Shown piece after piece: positions 12,379-22,954 of a DNA stretch of 64,000 bases. Within the stretch, counting starts at the first letter, position 1. Each line of letters begins with the position of its first letter. Below the pieces are notes generated by a model. That model did not search any database. It was given only the letters and a program-made list of their open reading frames with translations, and was not told the origin of the DNA. Where the stretch lies: positions 1 through 64,000 of the forward strand of contig CAVUPH010000028.1 of NCBI GenBank assembly GCA_963743305.1, in the 5' to 3' direction. The translations under genes were made by a program, and so were the position numbers. Source of the stretch: an uncultured delta proteobacterium (GTDB taxonomy: Bacteria > Desulfobacterota > RBG-13-43-22).

Positions 12379-12901
12379 CCATCATCCTCGTTATCAGTCG
12401 CGCCATGACCAGCATGGCTAATTCATTAAAAATTTCCTGCAGGCGGATAACCCCTTTCACCACGCCTTGGTCAATCACCGGCAGGAGGGTCAGGTTGTTT
12501 TCCATCATCAGATAAATGGCCTTGATGATGGATTCATCCGGGCCCACCGATTCCTTGACCGGAGACATGATTTCGCTGACCGGCTTCTGGGCCTCTTCCT
12601 TGACGCCTTCATTGAATAATCCCTCGAAAAAAACCGGCGTGTCCCATTCCTTGGACATGAAGCCGTTGGAGCGGGAGAATTTTTTTTCAATGCCCCGGAT
12701 CAGGTCCTCCATGGTCAGGGAGCCCATGAGCTGGTATTTCTCATCGAAGACCAGCAGGGTGGTGGGTTCGGATTTTCCTTCCAGCCCCAAAGCGGCTTTT
12801 TTGGCGATGGACACGGCCTGCTTAATGGTGAACCAGTAGGGGATGTGGGGGTAATCGGTCAAGGGAATCATCAATTCCTTTACTTTTTTCTCGTGCGGCA
12901 T
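12371..12901 (-). CDS. CBS-pair domain protein
   Basis: KVKELMIPL...KPVSEIMSP...LLPVID. Confidence 0.85.
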   Translation of the reverse strand: MPHEKKVKELMIPLTDYPHIPYWFTIKQAVSIAKKAALGLEGKSEPTTLLVFDEKYQLMGSLTMEDLIRGIEKKFSRSNGFMSKEWDTPVFFEGLFNEGVKEEAQKPVSEIMSPVKESVGPDESIIKAIYLMMENNLTLLPVIDQGVVKGVIRLQEIFNELAMLVMARLITRMMDD

Positions 12902-12984
12902 GGGTCTCTTCCCTCCCTAATAATTAAAAATTAAGAATTAAGAATCGATTATTGATCATGAGCGTCAGTCAAAATCCTTCCTCC

Positions 12985-14406
12985 TTACGGCCGGATCTCT
13001 ATCGTCGGGTACAACCCTTTCAAATTACCCTGGGCGTAGGGCTGAATCGTATTAAAGGAAATGTCCTGATTTTTTTGGGCATGGCCTCGATTTTTATCCT
13101 TCTTGAAATAGGCCCCGTTGGCCTCCAGGATATGTTCGATTCGATTTCGGAAAGCCTCCACAAAGGCCCCGCCGTGGCCCTGGAAATGCAACGATCCCCG
13201 GCGAAAGCTTTTCTTGATTTTGGAGAAGGCCCCCAAAGAAAGGCTGTTCTCTTTCAGGTCGGCGGCGTTCCGGATAAATCCCCAGACCAGGTGCCGGGGC
13301 GGTATTTCCAGGGGGGTTTCCAGGTCGATGATGGTATGGGGCATGATAATGCTATCGTCGCCGACCTTCAGGGCGCATTCCCGGTTGCCTTGCAGGAAGG
13401 CGTTGAAACCGACAAAGACCTTTTTCCCCAGGTGAGCGCAGATGACCTTCCCGCCATGGGCGGTAACGTTATTTTCCTCCAGGCGGGACTGAATGATGCA
13501 GCAGTTCTCCTGGGCGTTGGCCCCCCGACCCAGCAGGGCGTCTTCCAGGTAAGCCCTCTGGGCTACCAGGACGTTTTCACTAAGTCGGGTGTTCCCCTTC
13601 ACTACGGCGTAATGGTTCAAGGCCGCGCCGGGGGGGACGGGGATGGGATGCTGGTGCTGCGCCCGTTCAAACACCTTCTGGAACTCTCCCTTATGGGTGT
13701 TGATGAAATCGATAAACAGCCCGCGGACCGGCTGATCGGGTTGCAGCTCGATATATTTTTTCAGAATGTCGGGGGGAAACTGATAATGAAAGCTAAAGGT
13801 CTCGCCATTCTGGATCCAGATGGTGCCCGGTTCCACCAGGTGATGGGCGAGTTCACCTACCTGGACATAGGCATGGGTCCCGATGACACAGTCATGAAGG
13901 GTGGTCAGGTCTACGGTGGCGAAAGGCCCCAGAAAGCAGCCTTCCACCGTCGAGCCGTGGATGTTGGCGTAGTGCATTGAGGCGGTATTCTGGATCAGGA
14001 GCTCCTCCGGGTTTTCCGGGTCGTGGGAGAAGCTGTGTACCAGGGTCTTGATCAGGAAGCTGTCCTGGATGCGGATCACTTCATCATTATGCAGCGGTAT
14101 TTCCCGGCCTTGGTAGTGGAAAAGATGCCCCCGGGACTTCAACTCATCCCCTCGAATATCACTTTTATAAAGGACGGAATAAGCTACAGTGCATTTTCCG
14201 AGAAAATAGCTGCCGGCCAGGCTGGAAAAATGGAAGCGAAAATAGAGAGGGTGGTGAGAGGTCAAACCATAGAAGCCATAAAACTTGCCGAATTGGCCCA
14301 GGGGAATGGTCCGGCGGATATAGGGCCCCACGTCAAAAGCAGGCTCACGAAGGTTGATGTTGACCCGATTAATGATTCGGTCGATCAATTTTTCGAGCTG
14401 CTTCAT
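12985..14406 (-). CDS. Hexapeptide-repeat (left-handed beta-helix) transferase-like protein
   Basis: Repeating [LIV]-G-x4 pattern (LGPFATVDL, LGRGANAQENC, LGKKVFVGFNA); AGGAGG RBS before MKQLEKL at 14406. Confidence 0.75.
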   Translation of the reverse strand: MKQLEKLIDRIINRVNINLREPAFDVGPYIRRTIPLGQFGKFYGFYGLTSHHPLYFRFHFSSLAGSYFLGKCTVAYSVLYKSDIRGDELKSRGHLFHYQGREIPLHNDEVIRIQDSFLIKTLVHSFSHDPENPEELLIQNTASMHYANIHGSTVEGCFLGPFATVDLTTLHDCVIGTHAYVQVGELAHHLVEPGTIWIQNGETFSFHYQFPPDILKKYIELQPDQPVRGLFIDFINTHKGEFQKVFERAQHQHPIPVPPGAALNHYAVVKGNTRLSENVLVAQRAYLEDALLGRGANAQENCCIIQSRLEENNVTAHGGKVICAHLGKKVFVGFNAFLQGNRECALKVGDDSIIMPHTIIDLETPLEIPPRHLVWGFIRNAADLKENSLSLGAFSKIKKSFRRGSLHFQGHGGAFVEAFRNRIEHILEANGAYFKKDKNRGHAQKNQDISFNTIQPYAQGNLKGLYPTIEIRP

Positions 14407-14504
14407 GCCTCCTCCTATTCCCGCAGATCCATATATTTTCCTACTCAATCCGAGTATTCGGCCAACTTGTAACAAAAAAAATGCTTTATTTCAAGAAAAA
14501 AATT

Positions 14505-14580
14505 TTGTATAGTTAAACTATTATTTGTAGTTAAACTATTTGTATCTATTATTATTACACTAGTGTAAATTTATTAAACA
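14505..14580. promoter_or_regulatory. AT-rich divergent control region with a tandem TAGTTAAACTATT repeat and a TTACACTAGTGTAA palindrome
   Basis: 13-mer at 14510-14522 and 14528-14540; perfect 14-bp palindrome at 14555-14568. Confidence 0.6.
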
Positions 14581-14582
14581 TA

Positions 14583-15983
14583 ATGGCCGCAAAAATCCTG
14601 ATCATCGATGACGAACCTGAACTGCTTGAATTACTTCAGTTGGTCATAGAGGAAAAGACCCGCCATAGGGTGGTCACCACCACCGATCCCCGGACTGCTC
14701 CGGCGCTCCTGGCTGAAACCCCCTTTGATCTGGTGATTACCGATCTCAAAATGCCTAATCTGGGGGGGATCGAGTTACTGGAGACCATTCATAAAATTGA
14801 TCCCGGCCTGCCGGTTATTATCCTGACCGCCTACGGGACCATTGAATCGGCCGTGGAGGCCCTCCAGAAGGGGGCCTTCAGCTATGTCACCAAGCCCTTT
14901 AAGATCGACGAAATTCTGATTAATATCGAAAAGGCCTTGGCCTTTGAACGAATCAGGCGAGAAAATATCAATCTTCGCCGGGAGTTGGACCTAAGGAGGC
15001 CGTCTCCCTTTTTGATCGGGAAGACCCCGACCATGAAAAAAATCAATCAGACTATTCTGGAGGTGGCCAACAGCGAAGCCACCGTACTGATTTCCGGAGA
15101 ACCGGGGACGGGCCGAGAACTGGTGGCCAAGTCCATTCACTTTCAAGGCCCTCGAAAAGACAAGAATTTCGTGACCTTCAATTGCTCCGCCATTCCTGAA
15201 AACCTGGTGGAGGGTGAACTCTTCGGCTATGCCGCCGGGGCCTACCCGGGGACACTGCAAGACAAAAAAGGAATGGTCGCCGATGCGGAGGGAGGGACGC
15301 TGTTTTTGGATGAAGTGGGGGAGTTGAACCTTTACAACCAGACCAAGCTGTTGCGACTCCTGTTGGAGGGCGAATATAAACCTCGGGGAGGTAACCGCGG
15401 CTCTCTGGCCAACTTGCGATTCATGGCCTCCACCGGTCAGGATTTAAAAGAAAGGTTGAGAAAGAAGGATTTCAGGGAAGATCTATACTATCGCCTCTCG
15501 GTGATCCACATCCCGCTCCCGCCCCTCCGGGAACGGAAACAGGACATCCCGGCCTTAGCCCGTCATTTTCTGGAAAAATACGGGAGGATCAATCAGAAGG
15601 AAATCCGGGGCATCCACGCCGAAGCCCTGGAGGTGCTCCTTTCCTGGGATTGGCCCGGGAATATCCGGGAATTGGAGACCGTGATTGAACGAGGGGTTAT
15701 TTTCTGTAAGGCCGATTTGTTGACGATCCCGGATTTGATTCTGCCCGACCGCCCCACCTCCACCCTACTGGCCATTGAAGAGGAGCTTTTCACTCAGCCG
15801 ATCAAAGAGGCCCGCGAACGCCTGATATCTCACTTTAATGCTGAATATATCAAACGGATTCTGGCCAAGCACAAAGGCAATGTATCCCTGGCGGCCCAGG
15901 CGATCGGTCTGAAGCGTCCCTACCTGCATCGCCTGATGAAGGAAAGCGCCATCAAGGCCAAGACTTTCAAACAAATCAACTGA
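14583..15983 (+). CDS. NtrC-family REC-AAA+-HTH regulator with degenerate sigma54-interaction motifs
   Basis: REC, GEPGTGRE, ELFGYAAGAYPGT, LFLDEV, FREDLYYRL, WPGNIREL, Fis-type HTH. Confidence 0.9.
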   Translation: MAAKILIIDDEPELLELLQLVIEEKTRHRVVTTTDPRTAPALLAETPFDLVITDLKMPNLGGIELLETIHKIDPGLPVIILTAYGTIESAVEALQKGAFSYVTKPFKIDEILINIEKALAFERIRRENINLRRELDLRRPSPFLIGKTPTMKKINQTILEVANSEATVLISGEPGTGRELVAKSIHFQGPRKDKNFVTFNCSAIPENLVEGELFGYAAGAYPGTLQDKKGMVADAEGGTLFLDEVGELNLYNQTKLLRLLLEGEYKPRGGNRGSLANLRFMASTGQDLKERLRKKDFREDLYYRLSVIHIPLPPLRERKQDIPALARHFLEKYGRINQKEIRGIHAEALEVLLSWDWPGNIRELETVIERGVIFCKADLLTIPDLILPDRPTSTLLAIEEELFTQPIKEARERLISHFNAEYIKRILAKHKGNVSLAAQAIGLKRPYLHRLMKESAIKAKTFKQIN

Positions 15984-16048
15984 GTATTAACCCCCCCGGG
16001 CCGGGGTAGGCCGCAAAGCGGGGAGAATTGATTAGATCATTCGAGGTT

Positions 16049-16150
16049 CGTCATTCCCGCCCCGCCTCAAAAGCAGGGTAAACTCCAACCGGGATCCATG
16101 CCCGTTTTAAGCTTCGAATGGCCTGGATCCCGGATCGGGTCCGAAATGAC
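16049..16150. repeat. REP/RPE-like palindromic element (GTCATTCCCG...GGATCCA...TGGATCCCG...AATGAC)
   Basis: Terminal gtcatt/aatgac and internal gggatcca/tggatccc inverted repeats between convergent genes. Confidence 0.6.
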
Positions 16151-16234
16151 TTCAAAAACAAAAAATAGCTTTATTTTCGGATAAACTCCTCTCGCCTGGG
16201 CAGCATGCAAAAAGTAGGAAAAACTGTCCGCTTC

Positions 16235-16663
16235 CTACCAACCCTTTTCGGCCAACAATTTCTTGATCTTTTCCTCGGTATGCCTTTCCACCAAAAGCAT
16301 CTTCTTGGCCTGAGCCTTTTTGATCTTTTCCGTCAATTGGCTCAAGTCCGCCGGTTTTTCCAGAAAATCCATGGCCCCCAGTTTCATGGCCTCGATACCC
16401 TTCTCCACGGTAGCTTGCCCGGTGAGCAAAATCACTTGCAGGTCCGGATTTTTCTCTTTTAGAATTTTCAAGGTCTCCAGGCCGTCCGTCCCCGGCATCA
16501 TCAAATCCAGGATGATGACATCATAGGATTCCTTTTCCACCTTCTTCAGGGCTTCCGCGCCGGAACTGGAAGTGGCCACCTCCATGCCTCGGGTTCGCAT
16601 GCGCTCCGAAAGGGTATCCAAAAATTCGACCTCGTCATCGACCAGTAACACTTTCTCGGACAT
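16235..16663 (-). CDS. Single-domain response regulator
   Basis: KVLLVDDE...LDLMMPG...LTG...EKP. Confidence 0.92.
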   Translation of the reverse strand: MSEKVLLVDDEVEFLDTLSERMRTRGMEVATSSSGAEALKKVEKESYDVIILDLMMPGTDGLETLKILKEKNPDLQVILLTGQATVEKGIEAMKLGAMDFLEKPADLSQLTEKIKKAQAKKMLLVERHTEEKIKKLLAEKGW

Positions 16664-16721
16664 GGTACATCTCCTTTCCGGCCTCAGCCAAACGGGTTTC
16701 TTCCGTTGGGAGAGGCCGCAA

Positions 16722-17375
16722 CTAAATATTTTTTTGTAGGGAGAGGATCATTTCCCCCACCTGCGGTTCCATCCGCAATTCGGCCTTCAAAGCACCCAGG
16801 AGGGCCTTTTCTTTTTCGGACGGGAAGACCCGTGCGGGGTCACTCGGGAACCCGAATTGACCGACCAGGCGTATCCGTGCGCCCTCCCCGGTCGTTTCGG
16901 GAATGAGTTTGACTACTTTATGATTTTCAGTCAAGAAAAAATCCAGGCACAACCAGATTATATTTTCCAGTAAAAAAAGGTTGGTGACCGCCATGACCGG
17001 ATGATCCGGCATGACCAACTCCAGCCGGGCCTCCCGCATGGCGGCCAGACGCTGGACCAGGGAAACGACCAGGTCCAAGGTCTCACTCAAATCGATAATT
17101 CTTGTCGCGTCATCGGCACTGTGGGCAAAACGATTCATTTTCTTGACCAGCCCGTCGGCCCGATGAACCTGTTTCAATACCGATTGGGCTAAGAGCTTCA
17201 GCCGTTCGGGGTCGAGGGGTCTTCCTTTTTCGGCCAGCAAGGAAAAATCTTCCAGCAGCCCGGCACTTTCATTAATAATCGCCAATGCATTTTTGATCTC
17301 ATGAGAGATGGAAGCCGACATTTTACCGAAAAACTGGAACCCTTCCCGGGCGATCGTTTCCCACGGCATAAGCAT
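16722..17375 (-). CDS. Histidine kinase-like protein with H-box but a degenerate ATPase domain
   Basis: ASISHEIKNALAII present; N, G1 and G2 boxes not recognisable; no sensor domain. Confidence 0.75.
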   Translation of the reverse strand: MLMPWETIAREGFQFFGKMSASISHEIKNALAIINESAGLLEDFSLLAEKGRPLDPERLKLLAQSVLKQVHRADGLVKKMNRFAHSADDATRIIDLSETLDLVVSLVQRLAAMREARLELVMPDHPVMAVTNLFLLENIIWLCLDFFLTENHKVVKLIPETTGEGARIRLVGQFGFPSDPARVFPSEKEKALLGALKAELRMEPQVGEMILSLQKNI

Positions 17376-17387
17376 AACCCCTTTCTT

Positions 17388-17747
17388 TTAGGACTTGACA
17401 ATCTCTTTGAGTTTCTCAATCAACAGATTCAAATCGACCGGTTTGATCAAGTAGTACGCCTCTCCGGCCTCGGCGCTGCCGATCATGAAATCCTCCTCGG
17501 AGCCGTGGCCGGTCAGAAAGATAAATTTCATTTGGGGGTCTTTCTCCTCCAGCAGTTTTTTCAGGGCCAGGCCGCTGATCCGGGGTATTTTAACGTCCAG
17601 GACGGCTGCATCGTAGTGCTGCATTTCCACTTGTTTCAGGGCCTCCTCGCCCGAAGTGACCCAGTCGGCTTCGATCCCCCGAAAGGACAGACGTTCCGCC
17701 AAGGTGGAAACCAGCTCGGCTTCGTCATCGACCAATAGTATGCGCAT
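17388..17747 (-). CDS. Single-domain response regulator
   Basis: MRILLVDDE...LDVKIP...LTGHG...IKP; likely true start at 17747. Confidence 0.88.
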   Translation of the reverse strand: MRILLVDDEAELVSTLAERLSFRGIEADWVTSGEEALKQVEMQHYDAAVLDVKIPRISGLALKKLLEEKDPQMKFIFLTGHGSEEDFMIGSAEAGEAYYLIKPVDLNLLIEKLKEIVKS

Positions 17748-19482
17748 CGATCTCTCTGCTCCTTTTCTCGTACTTGAGGGGTATAGTAACGGTAAATCGG
17801 GTCCCCTGCCCCACGGTGCTCTCCACCCGGATGCTGCCGCCCAATTCCTGAACCAGGCCATAGGTAATGGAAAGGCCCAGACCGGTCCCTCCCTTGCTGG
17901 CTTTTGTGGTGAAAAAGGGCTCAAATACTCGTTTCAGGTCCTCCTCCGGTATACCGCGGCCGGTATCGGCGAAGGAGGTGGAAACCGAATTTTCACCTAC
18001 CCGGTCCAGGAGAATATCCAGCCGGCCCCCGTCCTCCATGGCCGCAAAGGCATTGTTGATGATATTCAGAAAAATCTGCTGCAGCTTTCCCCGATCGCTT
18101 TCGAATGGGGGGATTTCCCCCTGCACCTTCACCAGAACCTCGATGCTTCGATACTCCGCCTCTTTTCCCACAAAACCCAGGACCTCTCGAACCAGTTCCT
18201 CCAAATGAATGGTCTGGATGCTGACCTCCATATGGCGGGCGAAACGCAATAGACGGCGGGTAACGGCGGCACAGCGTTCCACGGAGGAAATAATGGAATC
18301 CATCAGGACGATCAACCGTGGTTCGGCCTGAAATTCCTTTTTAAAGGAAAAAATATCCTTAATTAACCCGGCCTTTTCATTGATGATGGCCAGCGGGTTG
18401 TTGATTTCGTGGGCCACCCCGGCCGCCAGCCGGCCGATGGAAGCCAGTTTGTTGGCGTATTCCACTTTATGCAGCATAGCCACTCGCCGCTGATCGGCCA
18501 GGTAAATCTGCTCGACCAGGTAGGTGGCCGTCCCCAGAATGACCAGCAGGATGATGGAGACGCTGATTAACAAAAATCCGATCAGTTCCAGCCGGGTCCA
18601 GTTCCAGTCCTTCATCAAATCCTTTTTATGCTTGACCATCATCAGAATAAAGGGGGAATCCTGAATATAGGCATAGCCGATCACCAGCGGCTCTCCTTTA
18701 CCGCTTACGGCCTCAAATACCTCCGTGGTGGAAGAGTAGATCGGTATGGGCAGCGGGATATCCTGGAAGACCGGCCCGTAGGTTCGGGACGGAGTTTGCA
18801 GGATCCCGCGGTGGTTGATCAAAAAAGCATCCCCCACTCCGAGAACTTCTTTTCCGGAAATCAGGTGATTGAAACGTTCCGTGTCCAGGGTAGCGCGCAA
18901 GATGTGATAGGAGCCGTCGGGCAATTGATGCTTTACGGCGATGACCAGATGCGGGATATGCCGGAACCCTGAAAAGACCTCACTGATATAGCTCCCCTTC
19001 CGGATGACCTGCTGAAACCATTCCTGATCCCAGTAATTCTTTCCCTTCAAATCGTAAGGCCCGACATACGTCCTTTGATTGCCGTCGGCATCGATAGTTC
19101 CGAGATCCGCGAACCCACCGAAGCTCTTTTTCAGGTTTTCCAGAATAAACCCCAACCGGCTGGAGGTATCGAGATCCTTGTACGGTTGGAGCCGGGTGAT
19201 GAAGCCGATCGCCGAATGGCGCTCTTCCAGGAAAAAACTCACCGAGCGCCGGATATTGGAAACCAGACGGACCGTCCGCAGCCGGATCTCCGATTCGATC
19301 CCTTTCTGGGTCGCCCGGTAATTAACCACGGTGATAAAGATCAGGGGCAGCAGGGAGACGGCCGCCGTGATCAAAACGGCCAGGAGCCAGACCCGGCGGA
19401 AATTAAACAGGGACCGCTGCGGACCGGACGCCACATCGTAATGGTCCCAGAATCTTGGCTTGAGTTTTTCCAGCAGGCCCAT
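17725..19482 (-). CDS. Cache-domain sensor histidine kinase
   Basis: Two TM segments, [31 protein letters not shown]. Confidence 0.93.
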   Translation of the reverse strand: MGLLEKLKPRFWDHYDVASGPQRSLFNFRRVWLLAVLITAAVSLLPLIFITVVNYRATQKGIESEIRLRTVRLVSNIRRSVSFFLEERHSAIGFITRLQPYKDLDTSSRLGFILENLKKSFGGFADLGTIDADGNQRTYVGPYDLKGKNYWDQEWFQQVIRKGSYISEVFSGFRHIPHLVIAVKHQLPDGSYHILRATLDTERFNHLISGKEVLGVGDAFLINHRGILQTPSRTYGPVFQDIPLPIPIYSSTTEVFEAVSGKGEPLVIGYAYIQDSPFILMMVKHKKDLMKDWNWTRLELIGFLLISVSIILLVILGTATYLVEQIYLADQRRVAMLHKVEYANKLASIGRLAAGVAHEINNPLAIINEKAGLIKDIFSFKKEFQAEPRLIVLMDSIISSVERCAAVTRRLLRFARHMEVSIQTIHLEELVREVLGFVGKEAEYRSIEVLVKVQGEIPPFESDRGKLQQIFLNIINNAFAAMEDGGRLDILLDRVGENSVSTSFADTGRGIPEEDLKRVFEPFFTTKASKGGTGLGLSITYGLVQELGGSIRVESTVGQGTRFTVTIPLKYEKRSREIDAHTIGR

Positions 19483-19537
19483 AAAGCCTCTTCCCTCTTA
19501 ACAGCTTATCCTGAGTTAATTCAGACCGAGGCCTTTT

Positions 19538-20755
19538 TCACTTCTTTTTTCCCCGGAGCTCTTCGTTGGCCTTTTCAAGGGTCTTGCTCAAGAGATCGAT
19601 ATCGACCGGCTTTTGGAGATAGGCGAAGGCCCCCAGGTTCATACAGACCTCCCGGTCAGCCTCCGACCCGTGACCGGTGAGCATAATCACCTCAATATCG
19701 GGGTTGGTGGATTTGACCCGCCGCAGGACCTCGATGCCGTCGATGCCGGGCATCTTCAGATCCAGGATCATCACCTCGGGTTCATCCTCTTTAATCAGCG
19801 CCAGCGCCGATTCTCCGTCATAAGCCACGGCCGACCCCATCTCCCGCAGCAGCAGCCGTTCCGAGAGGGTCTGGACAAACTCCCGTTCATCATCTACCAG
19901 GAGGACCTTGGACGGTGCCTCAAAATTAAACTTTCGGTAAATATCCGCCTGATGAAATCCCTGGCCGACCCGGGTTTCCACACCCCGGACCCCCGGGACC
20001 TGACTGACGACGGAACGCAGCTCATCCTCCAGACGGCTCAACATGAGGACATGCTTGTTAATGGTCAAAGTGACGACCCCTTTTTGGGCGGTGGCCCCCA
20101 CATTGTGCCCTTCCCGGGCCAGAGCCACTCCTGCCTGGGCGGCCAGCAGGAAATCCCGGACCGCCTGCTCGGACTCGGGCGAAGTCCGGACGATATCCCG
20201 GCTCAGGTTTTTTTCAACCAGTTGGACGGCCTCCTCCGGGCTCATTTTGTCTGTAGGAATCATGATATCGTACAAGGAGGGGTCCCAGGGGTCTTTTCCT
20301 TGAAAAAGGGTGTCGATCCAGACACTCCGGTCTTCGTCCGCCTTGTGAATGGCTTTCAGCGCCTCGCTGTCCGATAACCCTCGTTCTTTTTTTGCCCAGG
20401 CTACCCGGGATTTCATGTCCGCGATCAGGCACAGATGCAGGACATGGCCGATCTCCCGGGGAATCAACTGGCCGGAAAAGCCGTGGAACAAAAAATTATC
20501 TTCGGCCAGCAGTTCCGCCATAGCCAGTCTCAGATAAGCAATGGACCGCTCTTTTTCGTGGGTGAACTGATTAAAAACCGAAGCTTTGCCGAAAAAAGCC
20601 CTGGCGATTTTGCTTTCTGCGATCCCGGATTGTTTGCCGGCCTTGGTCACGATGTTGGTGTCGACCATCAACTTGTACCCGGTCCGGTCCAGCAGTTTGT
20701 TGATCAACGGTTCCTGGTTGCTGAAAATCCCGTTAAAAACCGTAATAATGGACAT
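19538..20755 (-). CDS. Cytidylate-kinase-like domain fused to a C-terminal REC domain
   Basis: DPWDPSLYDI in the CMK-like region; KVLLVDDE...LDLKMPG at the C-terminus. Confidence 0.82.
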   Translation of the reverse strand: MSIITVFNGIFSNQEPLINKLLDRTGYKLMVDTNIVTKAGKQSGIAESKIARAFFGKASVFNQFTHEKERSIAYLRLAMAELLAEDNFLFHGFSGQLIPREIGHVLHLCLIADMKSRVAWAKKERGLSDSEALKAIHKADEDRSVWIDTLFQGKDPWDPSLYDIMIPTDKMSPEEAVQLVEKNLSRDIVRTSPESEQAVRDFLLAAQAGVALAREGHNVGATAQKGVVTLTINKHVLMLSRLEDELRSVVSQVPGVRGVETRVGQGFHQADIYRKFNFEAPSKVLLVDDEREFVQTLSERLLLREMGSAVAYDGESALALIKEDEPEVMILDLKMPGIDGIEVLRRVKSTNPDIEVIMLTGHGSEADREVCMNLGAFAYLQKPVDIDLLSKTLEKANEELRGKKK

Positions 20756-20766
20756 GAGCGCCCCCT

Positions 20767-22898
20767 TTATGAAGTGATGTAACAGGCGGTCAACAAAGGA
20801 CAGTCTTTTTCCTGCCCCTCTTTATGCGTCGTATAATGGACGGCCGCAATGGCCCGTTCCATGGTGGGGAAGATGTGATCTTCGCCAATTTTTTCCGGAA
20901 AGTGCGTTCTTTTCAGCACCTGCATTACGTTTTCATTCACCCCGCTCAGAGAGACGTCGATCCCGGCGCTGCGGACCCGGTCCACCAGCAGGGACAGGGC
21001 CTCCTCGCCGGTGGCGTCGATATCGTTGATCCCGTTGGAAACGATGATGATATGTCTCAAGCTCTTCTTGGTGCGCATCAATTCCATGATCTTGTCTTCC
21101 AGGTAGCTGGCATTGGCGAAAAAGAGCGGCCCTTCAAAGCGGACCATGGCCACATACTCGCATTCCCTGAGACCGTGCGTGCTGGCGCAGCGCAGGGCTT
21201 CGTCGGCATGGCGAGACAGGGAAGCAAGCTTGGGCCGCATGCTCTTATAAAGAAAGACACGCGAGCGACAGGACCACCCCGATCATGATCCCCTTGTCCA
21301 GGTGGGGGGCGAAGGCCAGGGTGGCGATAAAGGAGATGATGGAAATCACCCCGTCATACCACTGGGCCTTGTAGGCATGAACAAACCCGGAAACGTTCAA
21401 CAGGCCGATAACCGCCATCATGATGACCGCGGCCAGGACCGATTGGGGCAAGTGATAGAGCAGCGGGGTGAAAAAGAATAGGGTGAGGACCACAGTCAAC
21501 CCGGTGAAGACGCTGGAAAGCCCGGTGATCGCCCCGGCCTGCAGGTTTACGGCGGAACGGGAAAAGGAACCGGAAGTGGGATAACTTTGACCGACGGCTC
21601 CCAGGATATTGGCCAATCCCTGGCCGATGAGCTCCTGATTGGGGTCTAACCGCTGGCCGGTCTTGCCCGCCATGGCCTTGGCAATCGAGATGGCTTCCAT
21701 AAAGCCCAACAAGCGCTATGATGGCGGCATAGGAAAACAAAGTCCCCATTACCTTGAAATCGATCTGCGGCAGGGAAAAAGAAGGCAGCCCCTTCGGCAC
21801 CTCGCCGACCACGGACCCGCCCCCTTTCAAAGGAATTTTTCCCTCCGGGAGGGCGGTGTTACCCACGCGGATCCGCCAGATCCGCGCGTCGGCCCGGGCG
21901 CCCGCCGGCACCTCATCCTTCAGATAGAATTTCAGAGACCCGTCCGGCTGTTGGACTCCGCTGAAAAACAATCCCCGGATCTCGCGGCGTAACTCCGCGG
22001 ACTCGTGCTTCAACTTTTCGATATTGAAGGTCAGCACGCTGGCGGCGTGCTCGGCATCCAGGACCGCCCGAAAGTCATGGCCGGCGCTGGCCGAATCCAG
22101 GGCTTTGCTGACTTCCGTTCGCTCCCGGGCCAGGGAGGGCATCAAAGTCACGGTTTTATTAAAATGGGCGATCAAAGTCTTGGCCCGGTCCGATTCAATC
22201 CGGGAAAGGATTACCTGGTCATCGTGCTGGAAACCGAAAGCCCAGGAAATGATGGTGGTGATCGTCACCGCCACCAGCACATTGGGCACCTTGGGCGATA
22301 TTTTTTTCAACCCGAACATGATGGCGAAGGCCGCCGCGCCCATGATCAGGGTAGGCCAATGGGTATAATGGGCCGCGGCCTGGATGACCCGGATGATGGT
22401 TTCATAATGATGTTCGGCCGTATCTACCGACGCCCCGAACATTTTATCCAATTGGGATGTGGCGATGATGATGGCCGCCGCGTTGGTAAAGCCGTTGACT
22501 ACGGGGTGGGACAGAAAATTCACCACCAGCCCCAGCCGCAGAATGCCGAGCAGGAGTTGAAAGGCCCCCACCATCAGGGCCAGCAGGATAGCATAGGCGA
22601 TATAGCCCTGGCTCCCGGCCGTGGCCAGGGGCGAAAGGGAGGCGGCCGTCATCAGGGAAACCACAGCCACCGGTCCGGTGGCCAATTGGCGGCTGGAACC
22701 GAACAGGGCGGCCAGCATGGGAGGCAAAAAGGCGGCATAGAGGCCGTAATAGGTGGGTAGACCCGCCAATTGGGCGTAGGCCATGGACTGAGGGATAAGG
22801 ACCAGCGCCACGGTCAAGCCGGCCAGGGCGTCGGCCCGGAAGGCCGCGCCGTTATACGTTTTGAACCATTCCAGGAAAGGAAAAATTTTTTTGATCAT
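20767..22898 (-). CDS. sulP: SulP family sulfate/anion permease with STAS domain, two frameshifts
   Basis: DALAGLTVALVLIPQSMAYA, GSSRQLATGP, NQELIGQG, GSFSRSA, EGPLFFANA. Confidence 0.9.
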
Positions 22899-22954
22899 CA
22901 GGGATCCTCTTGAACCTCAATCCGCGCCAATCACGGTTTTTCGATCTCTTTGGT

